Shown: positions 50,955 to 64,000 of the stretch, one piece after another
Layout of the letters: every line of letters begins with the position of its first letter
Position numbering within the stretch: position 1 is the stretch's first letter
From: Amphiscolops sp. MND2022
Taxonomy: Eukaryota
Direction: 5' to 3'
Assembly (NCBI GenBank): GCA_964187785.1
Contig: OZ076409.1
Coordinates: 22,818,001 to 22,882,000, forward strand
Length of the DNA: 64,000 bases
Notes under the pieces: model-generated
Told to the model about the DNA's origin: nothing
Seen by the model: the letters and a program-made list of their open reading frames with translations, nothing else
The model's database searches: none
Made by a program: the position numbers and the translations under genes

Positions 50955-51322
50955 GGAAGTTCAACACAAGAACACTCAACACAAGAAAACTCAACACAGA
51001 AAATTCAACACTTTTGCATCAAAATTCTCTGTGACTTTTCGTATAACTTATTCGTTTCATTTTTCACGAAAGTTCTGCACAATGTTTTTTGGGCACAATG
51101 GTTTTGGGTTAAATGAGCCATTGGTTTAACCAAGTCTGAACATAAGTAATCCAGAGTCACAAATTAGTTAATTGAATGAGACATACTGAGTAATTTTTTC
51201 ACTTTTGCAATGATTAATATGAAGTGCGAAAGTTTGTTGAGTTTTCTGTGTTGAATGTTCATATATTGAATTTTCTGTATATTGCAATGTGTTGAATTTT
51301 CTGTGTTGAATTTTTGAATTTT
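50955..51322. mobile_element. Foldback-like element with inverted (AAAATTCAACACAG)n arrays
   Basis: TCAACAC repeats at 50960-51012 and the inverse TGTTGAATTTTC repeats at 51235-51322. Confidence 0.6.
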
Positions 51323-51343
51323 CATGTGATGAGTATTCCGTAC

Positions 51344-52353
51344 GGTGTGCGTTCATTTCACCCCAAAATCATTTCACCCCATATCACTTCACCCCATATC
51401 ACTTCACCCCATATCATTTCACCCCACATTCATTTCACCCCACGGGGGACTCTTCAATTCGTCGAACATTCAATTCGTCGAACACGTATTAATTTAGCGA
51501 CCATGGTATGACGTAATGGAATGAATTGATTTCGGCCAATCAAATTCGAGCATTCAAAATTACGATAACGTAGTCAGATATGTTCACATACCCCTAGTGC
51601 TCTAAATGCAGGAGCGAAGCGAAGCGGAGCGACGTGCCATATGGCCATGCCTCAATGTTGCTACTTGGCGAAGGGAGCGAAGCGACCGAGCCATACAACA
51701 AATATGTTATTCGTCACAAAATATAACCAAATGAAAATAATCGCTGATATGAAATTCTTTCGACGAATTGAATAGCTTTGCATTTTTCGACGATTTGAAG
51801 TTGCACCCACCCCACGTTCATTTCACTCCACATTCATTTCACCCCACAATCATTTCACCTCATTTTCACTTCACACCATTTTGTAATTATACAAAAGCGT
51901 CTCGCCTTAATTAACCAATTAGCAATTAAACTTTGATGCCTGCTGTCTTTGAGTCAGCTTTGATTTGATTATCAGTTTCTGACCTGTGGGATTTTTTTGC
52001 CGTAGAAACACCGAATAAGAAATTTTTTGATGAAGATTCGCAACATCCATAATTGTAAATTTTGATTGACAGAAGAAAAAATTTTTTCAGCGCCTTTATC
52101 AGAAGTATTACAATTCCGATAAATGAAACTATTCGGTTTCGAATCTGTGGTTCACAGAGAAAGCATCGTTTGCTTATCTAATTGGTAATTAGATTCAAGA
52201 CGCATTTGATAATTTAAATGTGGGGTGAAATGAACGTGGGGTGAAATGAATTTGGGGTGAAATGAACCTGGGGTGAAATGAACCTGGGGTGAAATGAATG
52301 TGGGGTGAAATGACATGGGGTGAAATGAACGTGGGGTGAGATGATACTAAACC
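51344..52353. mobile_element. MULE/foldback-like non-autonomous element (1010 bp including a nested insert)
   Basis: GG..CC ends; inverted (TCATTTCACCCCAC)n arrays; perfect 8-bp TSD TTCCGTAC (51336-51343 and 52354-52361). Confidence 0.88.
51445..51808. mobile_element. Nested MITE with TTCAATTCGTCGAA subterminal repeats
   Basis: GGG..CCC ends; 8-bp TSD ACCCCACG (51437-51444 and 51809-51816). Confidence 0.85.
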
Positions 52354-52668
52354 TTCCGTACACCTCCATTCTCGACCATTCAGAGTCTTTCAAGAAAAAG
52401 TCTTTGCTTTCGGTTTCTAACGCTATGAGATTGATCAAGCATCTTGCCCGAACTATATCAAGTTTCGTGTTCGATCCTTTTTCCTATATACAACGAATGG
52501 GAGGGAGCCCATGGAACATCCATGACACATGTACGGTTGTATATTCGTGAAATTGTACTCGGTTAATACACCTTTCAGGGGCCAAACATTAGATATGATT
52601 GTCTTCATAGAAAAATAATCTCAGTGAACGAAAACAGCGTCACTACTCATTCAGAGTTTCCATCACCG

Positions 52669-52694
52669 GAGAGAGAGAGAGAGAGAGAGAGAGA
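52669..52694. repeat. (GA)13 microsatellite
   Basis: Directly visible. Confidence 0.95.
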
Positions 52695-55149
52695 AAGCTG
52701 AAAAACCGGCTTATATTCAAATCAGATCATTTTTTGAAAGATGACCATTTTTTCCGTTCTCTGTATTTCACGATAAAATCAAAAACATTTAGTTTCAAAC
52801 AACTGCAAGTTAACTCAAGAGACTAGTTTCAACAGTCAGCACACATTTTCTGCATTCGCTCTGTACTGGAGCGGTAGCAGGTTCGAATTTTTCTCAACTC
52901 ACCATTGTTGGGCCTTAAGCAAGTCCTACATTCCTAGCTTTTAGTGGTGTGATCAATTACAAAGAATAACGCATTTGGCGGAGAAAAGCAAAAATTAAAA
53001 AAGCAACTGCAAACAGTCAGACCTTTGTGACTTTATCAAGTCGCATTGAAACCACAGCTTCAAGCCCAGTTTTACATGACCATTTGGCTGCAAATATGGT
53101 ACCATAACTTGCTACGGAGATAGTATCCTAATGGGCGCTGACTTAGAAAGCCAGCGCTGCTTATTTGGCATCCCGCCGTTATGAGGAAATTTACTTCCTT
53201 CAAAATAGGTTATCAGCTGTCTGCAGCTGTTCACAACCAAATGTTTTCGCTTAGAACTTCGTGCATTGAGCAAGGAGGTATAAAGGCTTATCATGGATTA
53301 ACTATGCAATGAAATCAGCTGGATAGCTTTAGAAACTATGATAATGGATGAATTCAAAAGAACAGACAGTTGAAACAAATGAAGTTTTCGCCCCGTTCAC
53401 ACTTTTCTGACAAATTGGAATTTCAAAAATTGTCTAATGTTATATCTCGAAATTTGATTTGGAAAAATGGTTTCCGAAACTTTTCAAAGTTTAGTACCAG
53501 TTTGAACAAACTGCTAGATCATCACAATCTTCCATTATTTGATGACATGCTGCAATTTTGGTACCAGTCATGAGTATCGTTATTCGTACTTTGGGGTGTT
53601 TCGTGTCAATCAAAACAATTTCAATTAATATAAAATTGAGTTATTTCAAGTTCTTCTGCCTTTCCAATAATGATCACTCAAAATCAGCGGAACAATCAGA
53701 GAGCAGCGGTAAAAGCGTCATTATAGCAGCTTTATTGGCGTGGAATCCAGGACAAGCACTGTCGTGGAATCCAGGAGACGCTTAACATCAAAGGGAAATT
53801 TTGTCCTGTAATCCACGACTTTTTTCAATTTTCGTGTCCCGGATTCCACGACAAGCAGCAAAATAGCTTGCCTATGCACTGTAATGTCCTTTTTTTTGTA
53901 AGAAGCATTAAATTTTTCGTTAGCTTCCGTCAGCAAAAAAGTTTGCATTTGCGGTTTTTAAAAGATTTTTTGTTATTGTTTGAATCCAAACTTATAAAAT
54001 GAAATCTAAAAAAGTTATCAAATGTGCGGCAAAGTTTGTCATCAAAGATATCAAGCATTTGAAGAACAGACTTTCGGTTAACCTTTTTCCTGAAAAACTC
54101 GTCACAAAAACTTTTCTAGATTGCAATTTCTGTTGAAAACAGTGAGAATTGCGTTTTCCAAGTGTATTCTTGAATTTCCAGCCCAAAAACATACGTTGGA
54201 ACCAAATATTTGTCAACAAACCAGCTGTTTAAAAGTTTTTATTCCAGGTATGTTTTTCTATTGGAAAATATGAGTGCTCAAAAATAGTACTACAAACTTT
54301 TTCTTTTCACGAAAAGTATCTCAGAACCACTGCATCTCTTCTATTCGGTTTTCTTTTCAGGTTACAAATCCGTGTCAACAACTGATTGGCTTAATATAAT
54401 GTTATTAGGTTATTGGTATTTTCGCAAGCAACTGAACTGAACGATAACATCGTGGAAAGCATTTGAAAGAACCAATGAAGTCTTGGTTGAACTATAATTC
54501 CTGTATCATCACCCTTACTTTCCTCTGGTGTGAAAAACTAGCGGCAAAAAACGTGCCTGTAGATACACAACATTTTTGGTGTTAATTGTCTTTTTTCCTA
54601 ATAAACACAGTTGATGCGAAATTTCGCCAAAAACCTGAAGCATTTGAATCAAACGAAAATTTTCTGTTTGACCAATATGCTAGACGCACTGCATGAATGC
54701 AACTTTCGCTACCCAGAGAAAAATGCTCTTTTTCAATTTCAACGGATTTTAGATATGCTGTGTTTTATTTTTCCATTGCTAGCAAGCCTCGATACGAAAC
54801 TTTTCATTTATATAAGAAATCAATATTGTTTAGTGCTGATATATGGGCAGCCCTTCATAAAACTTTTAGAACGTCTCTCGTTCTTTATAAAGTTTCAAAA
54901 TTATATCAGAATACAGAACCAAAATAATGAAAAAGAGTATCATTTTTCACTCTTGCTTGAACGTCGGTTCCGTTTTGAAAGCATCATTATTTTTTTCTAC
55001 CGGCACTGGCAAATATTGTGGAAAAAATGTGAATTTTTATTTTATACAGTACCATAGCTTCGGCCTTGCAGATACTTGCGCAATTTCTTTATAAGCCTCT
55101 TGCAAAGCTACAGACCTTGAATGCTGCGATTGGTGAATCCAAGACCCAG

Positions 55150-56250
55150 AATGAGAACAAAGCTAGGCTTTGAAGATTCCGCTATTTTGTTCACTCGGTG
55201 ACGATTCTGGGAACTGTGAAATTTGTTTTGTTTGGCTGGTTTTTACAACTGTTAAGGACACGCCTACTAATAATTTGAGACGGGATTTAGAAAGAAATGG
55301 ATCAAAATACTGGTTCATTTTATAGACAAATACAAACAAGCCAAATGTTACGATTTTAAGATGCAAGTCGTAATAAGCTGTCTGGTTTTACATGACTCTT
55401 CCAAGAGCGCATGACTTTGATTTGCAGAAAAAACACTGACTGAGGTTACACCGACAGCCAATGGTTTGTTTGAAAATCTTCCCACAACTATAAGTGACAG
55501 CAATATAGTTTCTCCAACTTTCATGGAAAAATGCAGTTTCAATTGCGAATAAGAACAATGATTTTAAAAGTCTGATGGGACTCAGTGCATTGATTTCTCT
55601 TTTTTTAAAGATCACAATACACAACAAACTGTTTCCAAACAGGATTGAAAAGTCAAAACAAATTTTTTAAAAAGAGAAATAAAATGAATTTTCCCAAAGA
55701 TGAGAAGGAAAAATAACTTCGTGGTTTTTGGGAGGAATTTTTTCGCAAGAATACAATTTTGGGCTTTTGAAAAAAAATTAGTAAGAACAGAAGAAAAGAA
55801 CAGCAATTGAAAGAACTTCCGGAAACGGTAGACATGAATAATGTTTTTGTAACAGTTGGAGCATAGTTTACATCTACACTACCACCAACTGTGTAAATTT
55901 CGTGCATCGTGACTTTAAAGCAATCAATGTACTTTGAAACTGAAGATTTGACTGAGACACTCAAAAAAGTCTTTCATTTGATTGCAATCAGCGATGAATT
56001 TTTAGTATGCTGTTCTCCTATCATTGAACATGATTTTGCTCTCGTTTTCAATTTATTAGTCGATAAAGTTGGATTTCCAATTATTTTGAGGATCATCTAA
56101 ATTGCACATTTGTTTGAGAAAAGAGATATAAAGATGATCCAGCAAATTTATTTCAAAAAAATGAAAGCTAAAGCAAAGATTTCAAAAAAAATATACACTA
56201 TCGAATGATGCGTTTGTCTATGGACAACAACATGCTTCATCCAAGGCAGG
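55150..56250 (+). mobile_element. Highly degraded CR1/L2-like LINE ORF2 remnant
   Basis: CCSPIIEHDFALVFNLLVDKVGFPIILRI..HLFEK..DDPAN..NNMLHP resembles the pre-RT region; many stops; boundaries approximate. Confidence 0.5.
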
Positions 56251-57096
56251 AGGAACAGCGTGTTCTGCTCAAGAATGATTTAGGTTAAATTGGTCAAAAA
56301 ACAGATGAAGCTTTTGCTCCTGACAAAAATCCATAAATACAAAAAATAGTTGGAATTACCTGTGTCTCTATGTGTTCTCCAGAACAGAACAATTCGGAAA
56401 CAAGTGGACACCCGATTCATGGCTTCAGAAAAGTGTTTCCGAAGTTTCTGTTCAACGATACTTATTGAAAAATTCAAAAAAATCATGGTGTCTGAAATAG
56501 GTGAAGAGCGGTTTATTCTCAAAAGAGTTGTTTTTCCTGATTAAAATATCCTGATGGAAATATAAAAAAAGAAAAATACCGTTGTTTGATTATAAACAAC
56601 GAGATTTCTTTGCAATATTTCATTTTCTACTAATTTGCGATTGGACTCTTACCAAGGTTTCTTGCAATATATATGTAAGAACGAGATAGATCTTGGCAAT
56701 AGTTTGCTCGGGGTATTCACAGAGAACTATAGTTCCCGTTGGTTGTTTCAACACTTTAAGTTGAAAAAAAGGTTGTATAAGACCAAAGAGTTCACTTTCG
56801 TGTTCGTGACTACATTCTGCATTTTTAAAAAGTTTTGTTTCAAATGATTTCCTTTTTGTTTTTTCTTTACAATTTGATACTGCTCGCACCACACACTACA
56901 CTATCATGCTTCGGAGTGTTGTTTAAGGAAACCCAAAGTATTGACATTCGGAATGTGTTAGCATGGTTGGAAGTGTAGAGGGATGCGGTATAATGGATGT
57001 CATGATCGTGCCGCAGTCGGCTATAGTTTTTGTTTCTTTCCACTAACAATTTCATCTTCTCTCTCCAAATTCTTGGCAAGATCTTGTATGATCATG

Positions 57097-57390
57097 GTGT
57101 CAATACACTTGCTACTAGGACATTTACTACTAGGACAATTGCTACTACCGGCAAAATGCAACTGACTTAATTGCTACTGATTGGGTGCCACTACGGCATG
57201 AGCAACTAGGCTAGTTAGTGGATAATGAAAACATTCAACTTTGCTAGTATTTGGCCCAATGTTTGTCAAAGTTGCCGGTTAAGTATGTAAAAGGTCATAG
57301 TTAGAATTGCTAGCTAACTACCTAGTAACAAATAGACCCTAGCAGCAAAATACTTAATAGTAACCGTCGTAGTAGCAAACGTATCCGCAA
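57097..57390. mobile_element. Small foldback-like element with inverted TTGCTACTA repeats
   Basis: (GGACA.TTGCTACTA)n at the left and TAGTAGCAAA-type inverses at the right. Confidence 0.5.
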
Positions 57391-57818
57391 GCATATCTGT
57401 AACTCGCGATCATTCAATTTCTTGGTGTTCTTAGTTTTCAAACTGGCTACTGTTTGGATATTAGATAAAAATGTACAAAACGTATGAAAGGTGATCTTTT
57501 TGGTTATATCTGAAAAAAACGGCCTTTGCGATAGTCTGTCCTCTTGAAAACCACCCGATAAAACAAGTAATTTGAATACAACAATAATTGATTCTTTTGG
57601 CTGATGTTACGTTTAATCAGAAAGCGAGCAAATAGTGAGCCTCATTACCATCTATACACAAAATCAGTCAGACGCCATTCACAGCATCCAAAAAAGCTGC
57701 AGCTATAAAAGGCATGCAGCTCGTAAGTGTCGTCTGACATTCATTTTTTGGAACGCGCGCGTTCGTTGAAGAATCTTTTCGCCACAAAATGTATTCGTTC
57801 TATTTCTCTTCCAAGGTA

Positions 57819-58779
57819 CCCGGGTCGACCCTCCATGGATATCTTAGTAAGATCTTGGCAAGATATTGCCAAGAATTGCAAGAAGTCATGGTAAGATCTT
57901 ATCAAGAGAGCCAAGTTCCCAAGAAAAATTTTATTGCATTATCCTAGTTGGCCAGAAAAAAACTGAAAGGAAGTCAACAAAAATCAACATTTTTGCAGAT
58001 TTATATTGTTAGACATTAAAATTTTCCGTTAGCAAGGAATCAAATTTGATCGAAAAGCCCTTATGCTGTTTATTTAGTGATGCACTAATTAAATTGTTCT
58101 ATTAATTGCAAAACGGTCGCCAACAACGGCGTCAGAAAAGCCTCGAGCTGAATCATTGCCCAAACTCGGGCAATGAACACCATTTCCAGCAGTAATACGG
58201 CTGCTGAAACAGGCTCAAAGAAAGACGGAGATATGAATTTACAAAAAGTTCCGGATTTTTAGGTGTTTCCTGTGTAACCTTCCGATAGTGGCTCTGGGCG
58301 TTTTAGAGCATTTTCTCCGTCTCTGGAATCGACAGAAGTTACAAGTTTTCAAAAGTCCTTGAAACGAGTTTTCTTTTGGTACATTCGCATTTCTCAGAGT
58401 TAAACAGGTAATGAGTTATTGGGATTCTCGTCAGAATTTCGGAAGCCAGAATACGTTATCGTAATTTTTCACACAATTTTGCATGCAAAATTGTTTTAGC
58501 AGATTGAAGCATTTTGATAATGAAAACGAGTAGAAATAATCGTTGTTGGGTGAAATGAGCCTTTAGATTGAGTCTCGGCTGCTTGTACCGAAGGTATAGT
58601 GTTTTTTATAATCTTAGAATTTTGTCCATTGTGATAAGATACGATCTTGGAATAATGTATTACTTTAGTAAGATCTTAATAAGACTCTTGCCATAGGATC
58701 CATGGTTGCCAAGGTGTAGTAAGAAGTTAGTAAGATCTTGCCAAGACGGCCAAGATGCTAGTAAGAGGGTCAACCCGCG
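57819..58779. mobile_element. CCC..G(C)G MITE with AAGATCTT subterminal repeats
   Basis: TA|CCCGGGTCGACCCTC ... GAGGGTCAACCCGCG|TA. Confidence 0.8.
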
Positions 58780-61460
58780 TAGTTAGGTCATTTGTAAAAC
58801 AAAAGAAAAACGTTATTTTAGTAGAAGCAGCAATATACTACTAAAATGTCAAGAATACTCCTTCAGTCTTATTTTAGGGGTTTTCAGTTCGTTCGAACGC
58901 GGTGTATAGATATAGCTGAAATTGCGTTCGAGTCCAATTTAAAGAGAACTATATTTTTGCCAGTTGTCGAAGGTTTTCAGTGATAATTTTGCATGGAAAT
59001 TTAGGCCTCTAAGTGTTGTTTTCAGATACATATTACGAACCACGTGAATTTGCGGCGCAATTGGCAGAAAGTAATGCAGAAATTTGCCGATGTAGCTTAG
59101 CTTTCTTCAAACTTTGAGATATCACTTTTATGGGATCTTTACTCGACTTTATACTTCATACGGTACCGACTAAAGAGAAAGAAAGATGCACTACTTTAGA
59201 AAAGAAGGAAATTTTCAAAATAGAATGAGACTGAACGCGATCTAACATTGGCTGCTCCCCTTGTTGAAATTTTTTGATCTTTTTGCATGTTCGTTGAAGT
59301 CACCAGCAACTTTCATTATGATTTCCTAGAACTCTCACGAAAATTTTCATGCGAAAAAATTCCCTGTTGTATTCGACTTTTATCAAGCTGCTTGAAAGAA
59401 GCATCCTAAATCTGTCGGCAACTTTAAGCCTTGAATTTTTGCAGGTTTTTTAGGAAACAAAGGTTATCACCGCCATTTTAATGCGAATTGACTTCATTCA
59501 CAATGTTATTAACAAGCGTCATCTTCAGCATGCTATTTGAAACGCTTTTTCAACATCAAATGAATGATTGAGAAAACAGAGTGTAAAAACAACGTGATCG
59601 TGTCGTGCCGGTAAGGAAGTAAGAAATATTTTCAACTTCAATTTCTATCGTAGAAACTGGTGACTATTCAGAAAGCCGAATTTAGAAATAGGTCCCAAAA
59701 AGCAGATTTCGATTTACAATAATTTAGTGCTAAACAGCCAATATCTAAAATATTGGTTGACGACTCGGCTTTCCTCCTTCCGGAGCTTGTCACGCCACTG
59801 CAGGACACCCTTCGTCTGCCAGCCACTGGACAAGTAGCCGTACGTCGCTCCGCTTTGCTTTGCTTTGCTCTTGCATTTGGGGCACTAGGGGTATATGAAT
59901 ATAGCTGTTACGTTACAATACTATTCCAAACAATATCCGATACAAATTTTCAAGTGAATGAATTCAATTCGATTCTAAATTTCACCCAATCAGGTTTCAC
60001 GACGACAAAATTTATGCTGTTTGAGATCATTTTCGACTATATGACATTTCGACGCATTGGGGGAATTACCCTTTAAACTGCAGGGTGATTCTAAAAAATT
60101 CACCATGGGAGACTTATTGAATTTTCTGGGTTTTTCAAATTACCCTGCATGCAGGCATGCAGCATGTGAAACGCTCCAGCAGTCTCGCCTAGGGTCCCTA
60201 TCAACAACACCATGTGTTTAAATCTGAAATTTCCTATAATTTATAATTGTAAAGCTTAAGAATTCTTCTGTCATTACTCCCAAAAGACTGAAAGCATTCC
60301 AGTGCACCTGTCAATAATTACAACGTTCGAAATTATATAATTGTGGAAACAACTTGCTCTAGGTAGGTTTGATACCCTATACATGAGCCAACATTGCCGA
60401 AACTGTTGTGTAGTTCTGTTCAAAGTAGTGTAAGTTACCAAGTTACCGCTACTTTGATACCATGTTTGGAACCAATTAGTGGAGCAATGGATGTTATTGT
60501 GGCCCCAAATGACTTGCATGAGGTAAGAATGGTCTAACTTAACTGTTAGTCGCTCCGATGTCTCAAATTTACTTTCTCCTGCATAATATTTGTTGTTATG
60601 ACCACACACCATTAGAAGAGACAAAGAGATTTGTTCAAGGTCCTAAAATGGGGAGTTGGGAATTCCGAACCCGATAATTCTTTGAGCTCTGCACTAATTA
60701 TCTTTCAATTAACGTTATTAGCACAAAATGTTTATTCTCTTGATAATAAATTAGGCAACGATATACAATGCTGTAATAAATTGGACCCTTGATTATAAAA
60801 AATGATTTGGACTGAAGATAAGTTTGCTCGGAACCCGAGTTATTTTGGAGGTAGTCAAAAAATGCTTGATTTAATATCATTCAATTTCTGAAAATACTTT
60901 ACAATAAGGTTTGAAATTTTGTATCCTCCCTGGTTGAAAAAAATGCGTTCCTTGCAAGGATCTTGAAAAATCTGCACAAAAGTAGTGTGTCTGCCTCCTC
61001 CTGTGTAAAACGCAAACGCATTATTTCTGATATTACGTCACAAAATCGGATATTTTTGAAAGAAATTATTTGTGAATATAACTTGATAAAGCCTTATATC
61101 AGATGAAACATGAGATTTTTGAACAATCTTAGAGTGCCTAAAGGTGTGAGAAGGGTCCCATTGAGATTTTTAACATCCATTGTGTTGCAAAATTTCAAAA
61201 AAGTAGGGGGAGATATAAAACTTTTGAAAAAAAGTCTCATAAAGCCGAAAAATGGGGAAGTCACATAGTGCCAAAAAAGTGTTAAGGGGTTGCCCTAGAA
61301 TGATTTTGGATTTCATGGTAGAGGCTTTGGATGCGTTCAAAATCAAGTAGTAAGTACTTAAGCGATACCTTCTCGTCAAAATGTACGTGATCAAATTCAA
61401 AATAAACATAGAAAGAGATAACCATCCTTGTTTTGGAAGTCTCTTTTAAAGGAGAGTGAA

Positions 61461-63367
61461 AAAGACGGAAACGGCAGAAGTTGGCGCCCCGCTTCAGGTT
61501 CAAAATAGCTGTAGGACTTCAAAAGGTAAAGTATCCGCTTCCATAGTACCCGAAAAACCCATTGAGGACCCTTTCGGGTCCAAAGTGTAAGTTGAAATTT
61601 ACTTCGGATAAAACGTCAAAAGTTCGGATACAGCGTGCTGGGACAAATGAGAGCGCTTGTTTCTGAACATCCGCCTCCTCCCCAGTAAAACCCAATAAAG
61701 TACGGATATAACGACAGAAATTTGGATATAGCGCAATATTTTGGAACCTCGTCCACCTTTATGATGAAGCGCAACTTACTTCGGAGATAACGTCGAAATT
61801 TCGGAAACACCGTGCTGGTTCACTGAGAACGGAAATTAATCATTTTGAAAAGTCTCACTATGCCAAAAAATGTAAAAGGGGAACCTTTGGGCTTTTTGAA
61901 CATGAAATATAATGCAAAATATCAATAAAACTAAAAGGGGCCCTTTGGAGACATTCAATAATTTTCAAAAAAGTCTCATAGTGACGAAACAAAATTGAAA
62001 AGGGGGACAACGTGTCTTTAGTGACTTTAGTCTCGTCCGGTTTTGTTTGTTGCGATCAAAAAAGGAAAAACCATCATAGTTCAGTTCCAAATAGTATAAT
62101 TTGGCTCTGTAAAATTTTGTGAAGTTTTGGTAGACCTATTTTGGTCAGTTCGTTTGGATTGAAAAAAAAAAACAAAGTTACCATTATTGTCCCGTCCCGT
62201 ACTGAGATCCCATCGCAGTTCATCGATGGCCATCGCAGTCCCATGGGGCCCATCGATGGCCATCAATGGTCCATCGATGGGCATCGATGAGGTTTTTCTA
62301 ACGTTGATCCCATCGATGGGTCATCGATGGACCATCGATGACCCATCGATGGAAATCGAAATTTTCGATCACAAAAATTCGTTCGACTTGGCCGTGTTCA
62401 AAATTTCAACAAAACTCTGGCCATTTAAGTTTTTCATTCAGTCTATTTAAACTTTGTTTGGGATTTCGAGGGTGCCCAAACATTTTATTCAGAAATGAAG
62501 TTATACATAGTTATCCATATTATTTACCTTTGTGAAAAACCGGATTCTGTTGATTTTCCAAGAGAAAAACCCCAAATTTTTTGATACAAAAACGTATTTT
62601 CAGAGTCAATTTTCTGCATATTTCAGATGTTTTCTTCTTACAAGCAGATGGTTTTCTCAGCAATGGAAGCTTGATTCCGTCGCATTTTCATGCGTATAAT
62701 TGCAATTCTGCCAGGTTTTTTCTGATTTTCCAGATAAAACGTCCAAATTTTTTGATACAAAAACGTATTTTCAGAGTCAATTTTCTGCATATTTCAGATA
62801 TGTTTTCTTCTTACAAGCAGATGGTTTTCTCAGCAATGGAAGCTTGATTCCGTCGCATTTTCATGCGTATAATTGCAATTCTGCCAGGTTTTTTTCTGAT
62901 TTTCCAGATAAAACGTCCAAATTTTTTGATACAAAGACGTATTTTCAGAGTCAATTTTCTGCATATTTCAGATATGTTTTCTTCTTACAAGAGATGATTT
63001 TCTCAGCAATGGAAGCTTGATTCCGTCGCATTTTTATGCGAACAATTGCAATTTTGCCAGGTTTTTCAACTTTTTCAAACAATTCAAGGACAAGGCTCCG
63101 ATATAAGTGATTTTCAGGCTCGAGAAAGCTTGCTCAGGCTCAAAAGGAAATGAAAGTAGGTTAAAATTAGATATATTTAACCCAAAAATGCTCCACAACT
63201 GCCCCCATGCGCTGGGCGATAATTCAAATCCCATCGATGGCCATCGATGGTCCATCGATGCCCATCGGAAAAAGTTGCGATGGCCCATCGATGGGCTTCG
63301 ATGGGCCCATCGATGGGATTGAATGGAGTCTCAGTACGGGGTTTTACTTCATGAAGCGCCGACTAAA
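61461..63367 (-). mobile_element. HINE family A copy interrupted by a MITE
   Basis: AAAGACGGAAACGGCAGAAGTTGGCGCC at the left; TTCATGAAGCGCCGACTAAA at 63348-63367 is the reverse complement of 10112-10131. Confidence 0.65.
62196..63340. mobile_element. CCC..GGG MITE (CMC/EnSpm-like), copy 2
   Basis: TIR CCCGTACTGAGA; GT on both flanks; 3 internal ~172-bp units. Confidence 0.9.
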
Positions 63368-64000
63368 TAGACAGGCACTTCCATTTTTAAAAAAATCATT
63401 TCCCTTTGGTGGCGTGAAGCGGAATAGTGTCCAATTGAAACATTGGTTAAATTTGCATCAACATTATAGCATTTTTTATTACCGTTAAGATTTCCAATCC
63501 CATTAAAACCCATTGAAGTTTCGTGCGATGACAAAAAATTTCAGCTTGAATTTTCTCACTTTTCCACATTTGCATTTCAAACTTGTCTCAACGATGCCCT
63601 CGTGGGATGCAGCGACAACATGACCCCCAGACGATCGATCTGAATCAAAGTCCAGATGACAGAAAGTTGTTTACTAACAAACTTTATTGACTGTAACATC
63701 TATTTATGTTGTATTGCTACCATTGTTGAATATAGTTAGATACGGAGATAGTTGAACGTTATTAAATTCCATTTGAGTTTTCTTAACCGTAAGATCGCGG
63801 AAACTAATAGCCCTTATTTGTAAACATGTTCATTCGGGTCATGAAGTTTTTTAATCTCCAGTTTTTTTCCAATAGCGTTAAAAAGTAAAACTTCTAATGG
63901 CTGCTGCAGCAGTCTGTCTGGCTATACATGTACTCATGTATTCATTCTCCTAAATTTCCAGTACTAAGGACAATATGTTCGATTCTGCAAAAAGTTTGAA

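Noticed and set aside
54611..55057. 148-aa ORF
   Set aside because: AT-rich, Phe/Ile/Lys-biased chance ORF with no motif
59753..60624. ORFs of 107 and 116 aa as possible host exons
   Set aside because: No recognisable domain, non-ATG starts, no convincing splice structure

Overview
AT-rich, transposon-dense eukaryotic DNA, probably from an invertebrate animal; I can support no intact host gene. The main contents are: (1) a decayed 5.9-kb Mag-like Ty3/Gypsy LTR retrotransposon on the minus strand (3390-9288, GTTCC target-site duplication); (2) a young, unusually large 16.6-kb Ty3/Gypsy element on the plus strand (11965-28539, ~99% identical 731/732-bp LTRs); (3) a solo LTR that itself encodes a Gag-like N-terminus; (4) RTE and CR1/L2 LINE remnants; (5) many non-autonomous DNA elements (CCC..GGG MITEs with 2-bp TSDs, a hAT MITE, MULE/foldback-like elements, and Helentron/DINE-1-like HINEs carrying tRNA-like segments), often nested; (6) a perfect 334-bp palindrome. 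The large element is the most interesting system. After repairing 3 stops and 3 frameshifts, its ~3270-aa polyprotein reads Gag - 2 CCHC knuckles - apparent pseudo-protease - active protease - dUTPase-like relic - RT - RNase H - integrase - long tail with an AT-hook, a Cys motif and two tandem TARG1/OARD1-like macrodomains. A separate non-Env ORF follows. All domain calls were made by eye and need HMM or structure confirmation.
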